Positions 25,901-39,012 of a stretch of 64,000 nucleotides of DNA are shown piece by piece. The notes beneath the pieces are model-generated. The model did not search any database and was not told the DNA's origin. It saw only the letters and a list, made by a program, of their open reading frames with translations. This DNA comes from Mobula hypostoma (lineage: Eukaryota), in contig NC_086097.1 in the NCBI RefSeq assembly GCF_963921235.1, forward strand, positions 183,150,001 to 183,214,000, given 5' to 3'. The number at the start of each line of letters is the position of its first letter. Positions within the stretch are counted from its first letter, which is position 1. A program made the position numbers and the translations under genes.

Positions 25901-27255
25901 CATTGGATTTTGGTTAATTGGGTCATATAGGGACCAGTATAATCTGGGCCAATTAAGTAGCTGCCCCAATTAGCGCAAATTTCACAGAAATAGAAAATAA
26001 GGAATTACAAAGACAAACTACCATTTAACTTAGTATCAATTTATGTATTTAATTGAAATACAGAACAAATTTGAATACTACCAATTCTATTACAGTACTA
26101 TAAAACTGCGTATTAGTTCCTAATAGTTATCGACAGAGGAATTCAGGTGTACGCTGCCATGTATGGGTGTCCAGGGAGGTATTGCACCTCTGGTAAAGGG
26201 GCTAGTTGTGTCCATTCTGGGGTAGCTCACTCATCTTTGGCTCCCACCGGACACTCAGCTCTCACTATAGCTCCAAGTATCTGTTTGCGTGCAACAGTGG
26301 CCACACCCTGGTAAACTGCTTTGACCGGCAGGCTAAACCAGGTGACTATAGTCGGTGGGCTTCATATCCCAGTGAAGTAGGGGCATGCCTGTCCCAGCAT
26401 GTGAAGTCAGCTCTGGTGGGCTGGGCAGATGAGATCAACAGTGAGATCCATGGCCAAGAAGGTGGTTTTTCAGCGCCTCTTGGAGAGCACAGGGCATGTT
26501 AAGGCACAGAAGAAGACATGGTTGACCATTGCAACTAAGGAAGACCTCAGTTTGTGAGGACTATTCATACCACCGGACTCAGACCTCCGAGGTCAAGAGA
26601 GTGGAAGTAAGTGCAATAGCTTTTCCACTTTAACTGTTTTACTGTCCTTGTGGATACAACAGACAACCAACACACTGCCATGTTGTTTTGGTTGATTGTA
26701 AATGAACAAAATTAGCGCAGACACCTAGTGCAGATAATGGTCTGCCTTCACATAATGCTTTCAACAACTGCATCCTTCAAATCTTCACTTCAAATCTTCA
26801 GTGTAACATTCAAGATGATTGTCGATACCTCCAAATTCTTTGTAGATCCTAACTTGAAGTAGTGAAATCGTTTCATTTTCACTCCCGGCCATTTCTGACA
26901 TCGCCAAGCCTGAATGCTTGAAACTGTAGTAAGCAAAACAATTCTAAATAGTCTTACTGCTTATTTCTCACCAACTATCAGTGACAAAATTCACTGCTGT
27001 TTGAATACAATCGACACTATTTAAAAACTGTTCACTCTAAGCACAGTGTAGTACCTAATGTCCGTACAAGTTTACGCGATTGACGCCAGTTAGAAACTGT
27101 TTGGCAATAGTTGCAAGACCAGATTAAGTGGCACAATATTCCAAATAAACAAAGGGAAACTTGGCTATTTTCTTATTAGTTTTTGTTCTTTTAGAGTCGT
27201 CCCAAATAAGCGGCTACCTTGATTAATCAATGGATCAATTAACCGGAATCCATTG
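25901..27255. mobile_element. Non-autonomous Tc1/mariner (pogo/Tigger-like) DNA transposon
   Basis: TA flanks; TIRs CATTGGATTTTGGTTAATTG versus reverse-complement CAATGGATTCCGGTTAATTG (17/20). Confidence 0.7.
26163..26671 (+). mobile_element. ~510-bp retroposon (probably RTE-related, non-autonomous) nested in the DNA transposon
   Basis: 12-bp TSD ACGCTGCCATGT / ACACTGCCATGT (11/12); GC-richer than its host; short ACA-rich tail. Confidence 0.55.
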
Positions 27256-27553
27256 TACATCCAGATATAATCAGGAAGTAAAGTGAAATAATTAAAACAA
27301 CTTCTGCTTTACATCCTAATTCAAAGATCCACACATGCACTGAAATCTTCAAAGTCTCAGATTCTATGTTAGGTCTTGCCTGGGAAATTCTAGAAAGACT
27401 GGCCTCAGATGTGGAAAGCAGCAAGGCAGGTGAGGGAAATTTGTTACAAAGTAAGTCTCAGACTCTTGTTTGAGTGTATGTGTGGAAATCTAGAACTTAC
27501 TTAAGCTTAACTGGTCAGAAGTGGTCAATCCAGTCACGATTCCCAACATTAAC

Positions 27554-27556
<3 letters not shown>

Positions 27557-27587
<31 letters not shown>
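27557..27587 (+). repeat. (CT)n microsatellite
   Basis: About 15 CT units read directly from the sequence. Confidence 0.9.
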
Positions 27588-27589
<2 letters not shown>

Positions 27590-28211
27590 CACAATACGAT
27601 GCCAGATCTGATGGATCCAGTGCAGACTTCAGCAAGTGAAGTACCACATTCAATCAAGTCTAACAAAGAAATGGAGTCCTGTTTGGATCAGAATCCAGCA
27701 CAAAACAGTCCAGAAGCTGCTCCTCACTAAAATCTGCAGAGAGATTGTGAAGATCTGAAAGATGACCATAGATTTATCGGTCCTCATCAATTATTTGTAC
27801 ATGACTATTGGTTTAAGAAAATAGATCAGCTATATGTTTTATATGGAACAATCTGTCTCCTTTGCATTCACATAGTGATCCTACCAAGCAGCAGAGACAT
27901 GGTGTGCCACTGACATTCCCTACAGCATTACTTTTTACTGCTTTGTGAATTAGCAGTTCTTTGGTGTATGTACATATTGCTGTCTCACTTATTTATGAAA
28001 AACATTTTGCATTTAAGAAAGGCAATTTGGTTTTAAAAGAGTATCCTCAAAAAGAAGTTCATATTCAAGGAAAACAAATTGATTTTATTGCTCAGTAAAA
28101 AAAAAGCACAGCACTATTCCACTTTTGATGTTTAAACTTCATCGATTCCATTGTGTTTTTTTGGTAATTCCGCAAGAAAATGAGTCTCAGGGCAGTTTAT
28201 GGTGACAGATA

Positions 28212-29771
28212 CAGTGCCTATAAAAAGTAACCCCCCCCGCCCCCCCAGTAAGTTTTCATTTTTTATTGTTTGACAACATCGAATTAGTGCGGATCAAATT
28301 TGGCTTTTTTTGGGAGACTGATCAACAGAAAGAGGCTCTCCACTAACAGATATCCACTAGGTCAGTGGTCCCCAATCCGCAATCATCTCTGATCTGGGCC
28401 AATATTTACGTACCAGGCAGCACCTAATTAATTAGCTTGTTTATTTCAGCTTTTTTCATAAAGATGTTCGGGTGCGTTCTGACTACGCGGCACTGCTGCA
28501 TTCTTCGCAGCAATGTATTGGTCCGCGGCCTGGAGGTTGGGGACCACTGCACTAAGTGATCTAAGTTCGATCTCCACTAAGTGATCTAAATTAATTTCAA
28601 ATATAAATCACAAAATAATTGATTGCACAAGTATTCAACTCTTCAAGTCAGTATTTAGTAGATGCACCTTTGGCAGCAATTACAGCCTTGAGTCTGTGTG
28701 GATAAGTCTCTATCAGCTTTGCACATCTGGATACTGTAATTTTTCCTCATTCTTTACAAAACTGCTCAAGCTCAGTCAGATTCTATGGGGATCATGAGTG
28801 AATAGTTCTTTTCAAGTACTGTACAGTCACAAATTCTCAATTAGATTGAGGTCTGGACTCTGACTTGGCCACTCCAGGACATTAACTTTAGTGTTTTTAA
28901 GCCATTCCTGTGTAGCTTTGGCTTTGTTTGGGGTCATTGTCTTGCTGGAAAACAAATTTTCATCAGACCACAGAATGTTCTTCCAGCTGACTTCAGAGTC
29001 TCCCACATACTTTCTTGCAAACTCTAGCCAAGATTTCATGTGAGATTTTTTCCCCAACAGTGGCTTTCTCTTTGCCACTCTCTCATAAAGCTGCAACTGG
29101 TGAGGCACCCAGGCAACAGTTGTTGCAGGTGCAGTCTCTCCCATCTTAGCCACTGAAGGTTGTAACTCCTCCAGACTTGTCATAGGTCTCTTGGTGGCCT
29201 CCCTCACTAGTCCCCTTCTTGCATAGTCACTCAGATTTTGAGAACACCCTGCTCTAGGCAGATTTACAGCTGTGTCATATTCTTGATGATTGACTGCACT
29301 TCAAGGGATATTCAGCGACTAGGAAATGTGCTTGTATCCATCTTCTGACATGCTTTTCAATAACCCTTTCATAGAGTTGCTTGGAGTGTTCTTCTATCTT
29401 CATGGTGTAGTTTTTGCCAGGATACTGACTCACCAGTAGATGGACCTTCTAGATACATGTGTAATTTACTACAATCAATTGAAACACATTGACTGCACGC
29501 AGGTGATCCCCATTTAACCAATTATGTGACTTCTAAAACCAATTAGCTGCACCAGAGATGATCTGTGTGTCATATTAAAGGGGTGAATACTGATGCATCA
29601 ATTATTTTGTATTTTCTATCTGTAATTAATTTAGATCACTTTGTAGAGATGTTTTTACTTTGACATGAAAGGGTTTTTCTGTTGATCAGTGTCAAAAACA
29701 AACCAAATTAAATCCACTGTGATTCAATGTTGTAAAGCAATAAAACATGAGAACTTCCAAGGGGGGAACTG
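28212..29771 (-). mobile_element. Tc1 DNA transposon, internally deleted
   Basis: TA-flanked CAGT...ACTG ends, long inverted repeats, transposase remnant 28827-29207 with ILWSDE and [12 protein letters not shown] motifs. Confidence 0.88.
28363..28549. mobile_element. hAT (Charlie-like) MITE nested in the Tc1 left repeat
   Basis: Perfect 13-bp TIR CAGTGGTCCCCAA / TTGGGGACCACTG; 8-bp TSD CACTAGGT / CACTAAGT (7/8). Confidence 0.8.
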
Positions 29772-30359
29772 TACGTCCTTTGACAAAACATTTATTTTGA
29801 ACTTTGAACATTCTCCTACTATGAATATCATGTTTAGTAGATATTAAAATCAGCATATCTAATGAAGTTCCAACAATTTTCAGTGTAGTGTTGTGCACAG
29901 TTCCAGTATACCAATTTAGAAAAAGGTATATAGTGTTGGTCATATTCCAAAAAAGAATGACCAGACTAATTCCTAGGACAGAGGGTTGTCCTTTCATCAA
30001 TGACTAAAGAAATCCAACCTATATTCTTTAGCGTTTATAAGAACAAGGATGATCTTACTAGAACATATAAGAACATCAATTGTATAACTAGCTAACCTGT
30101 CGAGACTGGGGGAATAATCTCAAATAAGGGGCAAAGTTATCAGGTGAGAGGAATGGCATTTAAAACTGAAATTATGGATCACTGGAATTCTCTGTCATGG
30201 GTAGGTTGTGGAGACAAAATCACTCGGGATATTCAAAGAGGAAAATATATTTTTGAAAGACCAGGTTATTAAGAGCTATGGAGAACTGACACAGAAGTAC
30301 AGATGAGAAGACCTGGGCCAATCAATTATGATCACATTGAATGGCAGGGCAGGTAGCCT

Positions 30360-31490
30360 CTATCGAAATGATGTTTCAGGCTGAGACTCTTCTTCAGGAC
30401 TGGAAAGGAAGGGAGAAGACACCAAAACAAAAAGGTGGGGTGGGGAAGGAGAACCAGCTAGATGATAGCTGGCACAGGAGGAGGCCATGTACTGACATGG
30501 CAGAAAGTGAATGGGGATAAGAATGAAAATGGTTCTCCACCAGGAAATTCTGTTTTTGGAAGATGGCGCAGAGGTGCTCAACAAAGCAGGGTCCCAATTT
30601 ATGTCGGGTCTCACCGATCTAGAGGAGGCTGCATCAGGAACACCGGATACAACAGATGGCACCAACAGATTCGCAGAGAAGTGTTGCCTCACCTGGAAGG
30701 ACTGCTTGGAGGTAAATGGACAATGCCAGGAGGGAGATTAGTGGTGAGGAATGACTGGACAAGGAAATCACGGAGGGAGCCAAACCAGCAGAAAGCAGAG
30801 TGGGGGTGGAGGCAAAGATGCATTTGGAGATAACATCCCATTGAAAAGTGGCAGAAGTTGTGGAGACTGATGCATGGATGCAGAGGCTCATGGGGTGGTG
30901 GATGAGGACAAGAAGAACTCTATCCCTGTTAAGGCAACTGGAAGATATCCAGAAAATGTATGAAATACGGGTGAGGGCAGCATCAAATGTGGAGGAAGGG
31001 AAAACCTCATCCTGAGAAGATGCAGCTGAGACAAAGGAACTGAGAAGTAGATATCGCATTTTTACAGGAAACAGAGTGGGAAGAGGTACAGTCAAGATAG
31101 CCACGGGAATTGGTAGGTTTATAAAAGATGCTGGTTGACAGTTTGGTCTCCAGAGAGAAAGGCGAAGGAAGTGTCAGAATGGACCAAGTGAATATAAGGG
31201 CAGGTGGAAGCTGGAGACAAAGTTGATGAAATTGACGATCTTAGCATGAGTACATGAAGCAGCACCAATGCAATTGTCAATGTAGCGAAGGAAGAGCTGG
31301 GGAGCATCACCAGGGAAGGCTTAGAACATGAATTGATCTACGTAGCCAAAGAAAAGGTAGGCATAGTTGGGGCCCACGCAGGTGCCCATGGTTACCCTTC
31401 GAGTCCATACAAAGTGGGAGGATCCGAAGGAAAAAATTGTTGAGGGCGAGGACGAGTTCTGCCAGACAGAGGAGGGGAATTGGTTGGGTC
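30360..31490 (-). mobile_element. Decayed Penelope-like element (RT + GIY-YIG remnants + decayed hammerhead) in PDP1 intron
   Basis: Frameshifted RT pieces (LAELVLALNNF; FLRYIDNC), GIY-YIG pieces (CESVGAICCIRCS; FVEHL...NHF), and a terminal CTGAAGA...GAAACATC hammerhead relic at ~30370-30400. Confidence 0.8.
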
Positions 31491-31519
31491 ATTTCTTTGT
31501 TCAACCCGAGCCATTAACT

Positions 31520-32200
31520 GTTCCTCCCGCACTGCTAGTCTGCATCTCACACTATTTCAATCGCAGGGATATTTTGACGAAGAGTCGTCAGCAGCATTTG
31601 TAGATTCACACCGAACCTTCGGAGCGCCAAGAGCGCCGCTTCCGGTCAACTTGTTTCAAACGCTTCCGGCTGGAAGATAGTTCTTGCCGCGCACCGGCAC
31701 CGGCACCGCGCAGTAACTTCGCCGGCTCACAGGCAAGACAGGTTATGGGTGCCCGCCCATCCAGCCCTCGGTACAGACAGACGGCTGACTGAAAGGTGGA
31801 TGAGGCGCCACCTCACCGTGTACTAGAACCCAGCCTGACCGACACAACCAAACCCAGCCTGCTGGACGTCACGGACAACCGGCACCAACCTGGGCGGCGC
31901 TGGCGCTGACCCTCGTCCTTCGTCCTCGGTCCCGGGGGAGGTCCCGCGAACTGAAGTACCTGACTTCCACCCAGAGCTCCTCGCGACCGTTTGACATTGA
32001 CACCAGCCCTTCTGCCGCGTTCTGATTGGTTGCTACGGGGGCCGGGCTGGAATGACATGAGGCGTCGTGGAAGTTCCTATTGGCTAATAGCCGACCGCGC
32101 CTCTGATCTGAACCCTGCCGCTGTGCTCTCGCTGAGCGTGCCCGTCGGAAGCGGGTTGCCGCGATTTATATCCCCTAATCAGTTAGATTCCCAGTGTCAC
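31520..32200 (-). promoter_or_regulatory. PDP1: CpG-island promoter of PDP1
   Basis: The only extended CpG-rich non-repeat stretch in the window. Two CCAAT boxes on the minus strand (ATTGG at 32025-32029 and 32079-32083), ETS-type CCGGAAG motifs (31639-31645, 31663-31669) and a CRE-like TGACGT near 31866. Lies 5' of the PDP1 coding exon. Confidence 0.75.
31817..31990 (-). other. PDP1: Probable non-coding first exon of PDP1 (5' boundary uncertain)
   Basis: Donor CG|GTGAGG at 31817/31816 downstream of the CCAAT boxes; alternative donor CAG|GTACTT at 31960/31959. Either would splice to the 22990 acceptor. Confidence 0.5.
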
Positions 32201-33774
32201 TCGCTTCTGGACTTCTCAATTAGGATAAACAATCTCTTCATATTAATCCCGCTCAGAATTTTGTATATCTTAACGTTTTAAGGGATGTTCAGATATCAGA
32301 AAACTATGATCACCAGAGTTTTCGATCTGACAGCATTAGCCAAGGTTCCTTCTGGACCAGACAGATGAATTACTATTTATCCTGACTGTTACCGCATATA
32401 TTTATTTGCCAAAGGGAAATTTCTGCAAAAATGTCTCTTGATTTGCTGACTTGTACTACTTCTGGTGCCCCTCCAGCTAAATGCTCCATTCATCAAATGA
32501 ACCAGTAAAGTTATTCAGCACTGCATGCTACCTACAGGGAATGTATTTGCTTTTTGTTTCTTCTGTCATCTACCCACAACATATTCTGCCACATTTATAA
32601 CCTCTGTATTTTACTAGATGGTGTGCTGCCTCTTCAGTTTCTGACACAAAGTGAGTTCAAGCTCTGCCACTATGCAAATAAAATAAAAATTCTTAGAAAT
32701 TGTCAGACTTGGTGAGTCATTCAGAAATTATGTGCATTGATATAAATCAGTCTTTTTAAAAAAATATAAATTACAAGTAGTATCAATTTTGAAATTAAAA
32801 GGACAGCCAATGGAAACAAACAGTACTGCTGACAGAGCACAGGTTGCTTGTCCACAGGAGTCCGCTCAATAGATACGGCTTGTAAAGTGACCCGACCGAG
32901 AAATTCTTTTATGTATCAGCCAGACATAACAGAACACATCAGTTTTAATTGGCCTACATCAAACCAAGAGTCAGACATCTTTAGCTCAGTTATTTTGCAC
33001 CCTCGTGCCAGAGATCAATGAGAGATTGCAGACTGGACTGGTGGTATTATTTATCACAACAAAAATGGCATAGGCACCTTTGCTCCTTTTACCAATATTT
33101 GATATATTTGTGTCCCAGTGAGTACCCTGCTCCAAAACTAAATTATCAAAAATACCTCAGAATATTACAATCCTCTTTTGAATCTATACATAATGGGATA
33201 CACAAACTATAAACTTCTTTGAAAATTATTTAATTGCAAAAACAAGATTGGTTGAAAGACAACAATTATAAACGTTTTTCAATATCGCCCTTAAGATTCA
33301 AAATGTAAATTTGATTCACACATTTGTACTGATGTTCTAATGTGGTTTAGAAGCATGAAAGAGCAGAAGCTAAGCATTTTCCAAGGGAAGAGAAAACACC
33401 ACTAAATGTTACATTAAAGCCCCTCCAGGGGCTTAATTATAGAACAACAGGGACAAAAATAACCCACCTACCAATTATGTAGCAGAATATTGCTTGAGAT
33501 AAGATTTGAGGAAAGATAAAGGAATGGGAAAAAGACTTGATAAATATATGTTAGTAAACAAATGCCAAATTGTTAATAAAATCACATTGTTACATTAACA
33601 GAGATAACTTGGAAAAGCAGTATCATTACCATACGTTTGTATTCACAACAAATGCAAACTTATTTATCTTGTTTAATGGGAAATATGTGAAACTATGCTG
33701 GAGTAAGAAATGTTTTCAATTCTAGAGTTGAGTGGATGTGCATCCTCCCAAATGTATGTTAAATTTCTGTGATT

Positions 33775-33855
33775 TCAGAGAAGGAACCTTTCATCAATCA
33801 ATGCTTTCTCAGCCAAGTTCTTGCGTCCCATCGCATTTCGAATGAACTGAAAAAC
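33775..33855 (-). CDS. TMEM67: Meckelin terminal coding exon: VFQFIRNAMGRKNLAEKALIDERFLL*
   Basis: ttcaaag| acceptor; conserved C-terminus G.KNLA.K.L.D.RFL; TGA at 33775-33777. Confidence 0.94.
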   Translation of the reverse strand, partial: VFQFIRNAMGRKNLAEKALIDERFLL

Positions 33856-34906
33856 CTTTGAATTGGAGAGGAATATTAACATTTTATTGAATATTTATAG
33901 AAAAAAGAAGATTATACCACAGAAGAAAACCATTCAACCCACCAAGCTTGTGCCTATTTTTCTGCAACAGCAAATCAATTTAGTCCCAATCCCCTGACTT
34001 CTCTAATAACTTAGCAAAAAATTAAGATTCTTTCTCCCCTCTGCAATATGGTAATATAGACAATAACTTCACAAGTAGTAGCTGCTCTTTGGAACCTTGT
34101 CAGCCCACATTTTGAGGATTTTTCCCTCCTCTTTATAGTAATATATGGTTCAGTTTTTACAATATTATGGAAAAGGAGTAGATGGGAACTCAATAATACA
34201 ATCTCAAAGATCCACTGCTTGATTTCCCTAGTTCAAAAGGGCAGAACAAAGATAAGAAAAATTAATTGCAAAAAAGTAGGTCAATCTCCTGCACCACTAT
34301 GGTGGAACAATCACTGATCATGGAAATAGCACTCCAAATCTTCACTAACTATAAAAATCATTACAGCTAAGCTTAATCCTTCTAATGTAGAAGAGCATTT
34401 CCAAAGTACAAAATAAAGGAGGGGTGAAATTTCTCTTTGTCTGCCAGTATAAGCATCCTCGTCACCCATTACTCAATATTAACGAACAATGTTCCATTCA
34501 TTCATAATAATAATAAACAAAATGATGTAAGCGATGTAAAACATGCTCCTCATTGGAGCTGATTTTGTTGTTGTGTGGGTTTAAATCAGAAAATGCCAGG
34601 AATTCTTAGCAAATCAGGCAGCATCTGCAGTGAAAAATGTAGTTATTTCACTAATTTGTTAATGTTTCATTAGAATGGTTCTGATAAACAGTCATTAGCA
34701 GAAGCATTGGGCTGAATCATTCTTACTCCAGCCAGCAGTTCTGTTGAGAAGGCTATGTATTTGTCTTTCTACTACTAGACTTAGCAATGGGTCTGGTAAT
34801 GAACTACTGGGGCTTGCTGAGCTTGGGAGTAGAGTACACAGTGCACTTGGCCATAGCTAAACTGTCAGAAGGACAATAAACTCACACATTTTTCCTGCTT
34901 GCACTA

Positions 34907-35101
<195 letters not shown>

Positions 35102-35699
35102 TTAGTGACAACACAAAGTAAGTCAATAGTGTCATTAACATATACTTTAGAATCCATAAGAATTGAGGGTTTATTTTGTTTCAAGTTATGCACATTCAAC
35201 CTGATGTGATGAAACTTTACCACTCTTTTCTAATCTTGAAAAAAGCTCTTTACAAAGATGTAGCAAGAGCTACCCCTTTTCTGAAGCCTGTTGCTATTAG
35301 CAATCTTTTCAAAACAATCCATGACATCCAGCAGTTATGAAAACATTAAACTGGCTGAGCAAATGAATATATGAGCATATGAAGAAACAAAAGCACATTT
35401 TTATCAGAACTTTTAAACATGATTTAGATTGTCACACAGAGGTCAGAGCATAGATTTGTAAGGGCAGAATCTGAATTTTATGATCTTCTTCAAAAAGATT
35501 TATTTTGAAATTACTTATTTAAAATAATCCTATTCTATGAATAAATTAAAGCACAATGTAATTTTTTCAGGACATTACCTTTCTTAAACACTAATTATAT
35601 TTTAGAAGGTGTATCTTTAACTATTTGCTGAGCATAATCTTTTCAGAATATGTTTACTTGAATTTATATCAACTTTAGTGATTTCCCTTAATTGAAAAT

Positions 35700-37430
35700 G
35701 AGGTTTAAAAAGAGCCCGGGGCCTTGTGGAAATTTTTGGTGGTCTGTAATCGTCATGAGAGGTTGTTCATTGGTGAGGCTGCACAAAGTTTAGAAAGAGC
35801 TTGGAGCTTTTTGGAAATTTGCGATGGACTGATTTTTTTTGGTTCTCGGCAGGAGCCAACATAAAGAAGAGAGGTGTAGCATAGCGGCCATTGTTGGAGT
35901 TGCCGGGCTCAGGCTCCGCATGCTTGGTGAGAACAGGTGCAGGCTATAACTTAAGCTTGAGAAGTTAGAGGCGTAACAAGAGCAGGCAGCATAGTAGTTC
36001 AGAGAAATGCTCCTACTGTGAGATGTGGGACTTCAGGGTCCCAACGGTCTCCTTGATGACTACATCCGCAGGAAGTGCACCTGTAGGGTAACGTAACTGG
36101 GAGAAATGTACATAATTCACAACCACTGACATTGAGTTGGGGTTTCATTGTAAAAGGCTGGTCTGACGTGATGACATTTTTACGTTAAGAGTTTTTGAGC
36201 ACGCTTTTGTTGTGTAGGTTTTGGGGTTCATTAAAATGTGTTACGAGAATCGTTAAATATACAATGCCTCACTTCATTTTATTTGCAGAAATCTACTCAC
36301 CCAACTTCAGCTCCTGACTGACAAGGTTAACGAATTGGAGCTGGAGGTGAATGTATTTAGACCACGTTGGAGGCTACAAACCTCATAGATGAGACCTTCA
36401 CTGAGGTGGTCTTACTGAGTGCAGGTTTTCGGTGATCGTCAGGAGAAGTAAGGTAAGTAGGTAGTCAGTGCAGGGTTGCCCGGTAGCCATTCCCCTCAGC
36501 AACTTCTATACCCCTTTGGATACTGCTGCGCAAGGATTACCTATCAGGGCACAGCAGCAGCAGCCAGGGCAGTGACACTGTGGCTGGCTCTGAGGCTCAG
36601 GAGGGAAGAACAAAATCAGAGAGAAGGATAGTGATAGGAGACTCGATGCTTGGGGGGGAGGGCGGGGGTGGTGGGAAACAGCAGATACTATGGCCTCGAA
36701 ACAGAAGCCAGGATGGTGTGTTGCCTCCCAGGTGCTAGGGTCCAGAATGTCTCAGAGCAGCTGCAGAAGATTCTAAAGAGAGGGTCAGCAGCCAGAGGTC
36801 GTGGTGCATATTGGCACCAATGACATTGCTAGAAAGGGGAAAGAGGTCCTGCACAGTGAGTATAGGGAATTATGGAAGAGGCTAAAGAGCAGGACATCTA
36901 AGGTAGTAATCTCTGGATTAATCCCAGTTCAAGTGCTAGATAGGGCAGGAATAGGATGATAGTACAGATGAATAAGTAATTGAGAGTGTGGTGCAGGGTA
37001 CAGGGTTTCCGATTTCTGGATCATTAGGATCTCTTCTTGGGAAGGTATGACCTGTACAAAAAGGATGGGTTACACCTGAACCTGAGGGGGACAGATTTGC
37101 TCGAGCTTTTGGGAAGGGTTTAAACTAATTTTGCAGGGGGATGGGAACTGGAGTGATAGGGCTAATGATGGCGCAATTGGAAGACAACTTGATGCATTGT
37201 GTAGTCAGACTGTGAGGAAGAATAGGCAAATGAAAGGGAAAAATTGCAGTAAGTGGGATGAGCTGAAGTATAAAATGAGGGCAAAACCATAAAGGATGAT
37301 GAATACAGGACCGATGAATACTGGTGTGTACTTGAATGCATGTCATGTACAGGATAAGATAGATGACATTGCAGGGTTAGAGATTAGCAGACATGATTTT
37401 GTGGGTGTTACTGAGTTGTGGTGGAAAGAA
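35700..37430 (+). mobile_element. Decayed CR1 5' portion (5' UTR, ORF1 esterase, start of EN)
   Basis: Nucleotide similarity to 59716-60560 (GTGATAGGAGACTCG, CCAGAGGTCGTGGTGCATATTGGCACCAATGAC, GATGGGTTACACCTGAAC). Confidence 0.75.
36082..36297. mobile_element. Probable solo LTR (Gypsy-like, 216 bp) inserted in CR1 ORF1
   Basis: Interrupts the CR1-like sequence GTGCACC|CAACTTCAG; 4-bp TSD CACC (36078-36081, 36298-36301); termini TGTAGG...TCTACT (imperfect TG..CA); ATTAAA near 36230. Confidence 0.55.
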
Positions 37431-37511
37431 GCTTGATTGATTTAATGAGATACAGCACAGAATAGGTCCTCCTGGCCCTTTGAGCCATGTCGCCCAGCTA
37501 TCCCCGATTTA

Positions 37512-39010
37512 GAAACATAGATAAACATGGAAAACCTACAGCACAATACAGGCCCTTCAGCCCACAAAGCTGTGCCGAACATGTACATACTTAGAAATTA
37601 CCTAGGGTTACCCATAGCCCTTAAGTTTTCTCAGCTCCATGTACCTATCCAGGAGTGACTTAAAAGACCCTATCGTATCTGCCTCCACCACCGTTACTGG
37701 CAGCCTATTCCACGTACTCACCACTCTCTGCGTAAAAAAACTTACCCCTGACATCTCCTCTGTACCTTCTTCCAAGCACCTTAAAACTGTGCTCTTTCGT
37801 GTTAGCCATTTCAGCCCTGGGAAAAAACCTCTGACTATCCACATGATCAATGCCTCTCATCATCTTACACACCTCTATCAGGTCACCCCTCATCCTACGT
37901 CACTCCAAGGAGAAAAGGCCAAATTCACTCAACCTGTTTTCATAAAGCATGCTCCCCAGTCCAGGCCACATCCTTGTAAATCTCCTCTGCACCCTTTCTA
38001 TAGTTTCCACATCCTTCCTTCCAGTGAGGTGATCAGAACTGAGCACAGTACTCCAAGCGGGGTCTGACCAGGGTCCTATATGGCTGTAACATTATCTCCC
38101 GGCTCTTAAACACAGTCCCACGGTTGATGAAGGCCAATGCACCGTATGCTTTCTTAACCACAGAGTCAAACTGTGTAGCAGCTTTGAGTGTCAAATGGAC
38201 TCGGACCCCAAGATCCCTCTGATCCTCCACACTGCCAAGAGTCTTACCATTAATACTATATTCTGCCCTCATATTTGACCTACCAAAATGAACCACCTCA
38301 CACTTATCTGGGCTGAACTCCATCTGCCACTTCTCAGCCCAGTTTTGCATCCTATCGATGTCCTGCTGTAACCTCTGACAGCCCTCCACACTATCCACAA
38401 CACCCCAACCTTTGTGTCATCAGCAAATTGACTAACACATCCCTTCACTTCCTCATCCAGGTCATTTATAAAAATTACAAAGTGAAAGGGTCCCAGAACA
38501 GATCCCTGAGGCACACCACTGGTCACCAACCTCCATGCAGAACATGACCCATCTACAACCACTCTTTGCCTTCTGTGGGCAGCCAGTTCTGGATCCACAA
38601 AGCAATGTCCCCTTGGATCCCATGCCTCCTTACTTTCTCAGTAAGCCTTGCATGGGGTACCTTATCATATGCCTTGCTGAAATCCATATACGCTGCATCT
38701 ACTGCTCTACCTTCATCAATGTGTTTAGCCACATTCTCAAAAAATTCAATCAGGCTCGTAAGGCATGACCTGCCTTTGACAAAGCCATGCTGACTATTCG
38801 TAATCATATTATGCCTCTCCAAATGTTCATAAGTCCTGCCTCTCAGGATCTTTTCCATCAACTTACTAACCACTGAAGTAAGACTCACTGGTCTATAATT
38901 TCCTAGACTATAGTACTCCCATTCTTGAATAAGGAACAACACCTGCAACCCTCTAATCTTCCGGAACCTCTACCATCCCCAGTCATGATGCAAAGATCAT
39001 TGCCAGAGTT
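37512..39010 (-). mobile_element. CR1 LINE 3' part, same family as 39720-42303, opposite orientation
   Basis: RT ORFs 38553-38948, 38269-38598 and 38033-38398; reverse complement matches ~40850-42300. Confidence 0.9.
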
Positions 39011-39012
39011 TT

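Noticed and set aside
26200..26330. HDV-like ribozyme in the nested retroposon head
   Set aside because: Could not assemble the P1-P4 nested double pseudoknot; the sequence appears decayed.
31813..32281. ORFs within the CpG island
   Set aside because: Stop-poor GC-rich promoter sequence with no homology or coding signature.
34585..34745. Additional very old Penelope-like termini (also ~43040-43160 and ~48890-48990)
   Set aside because: Only faint similarity, with no hammerhead core retained; not supportable as features.
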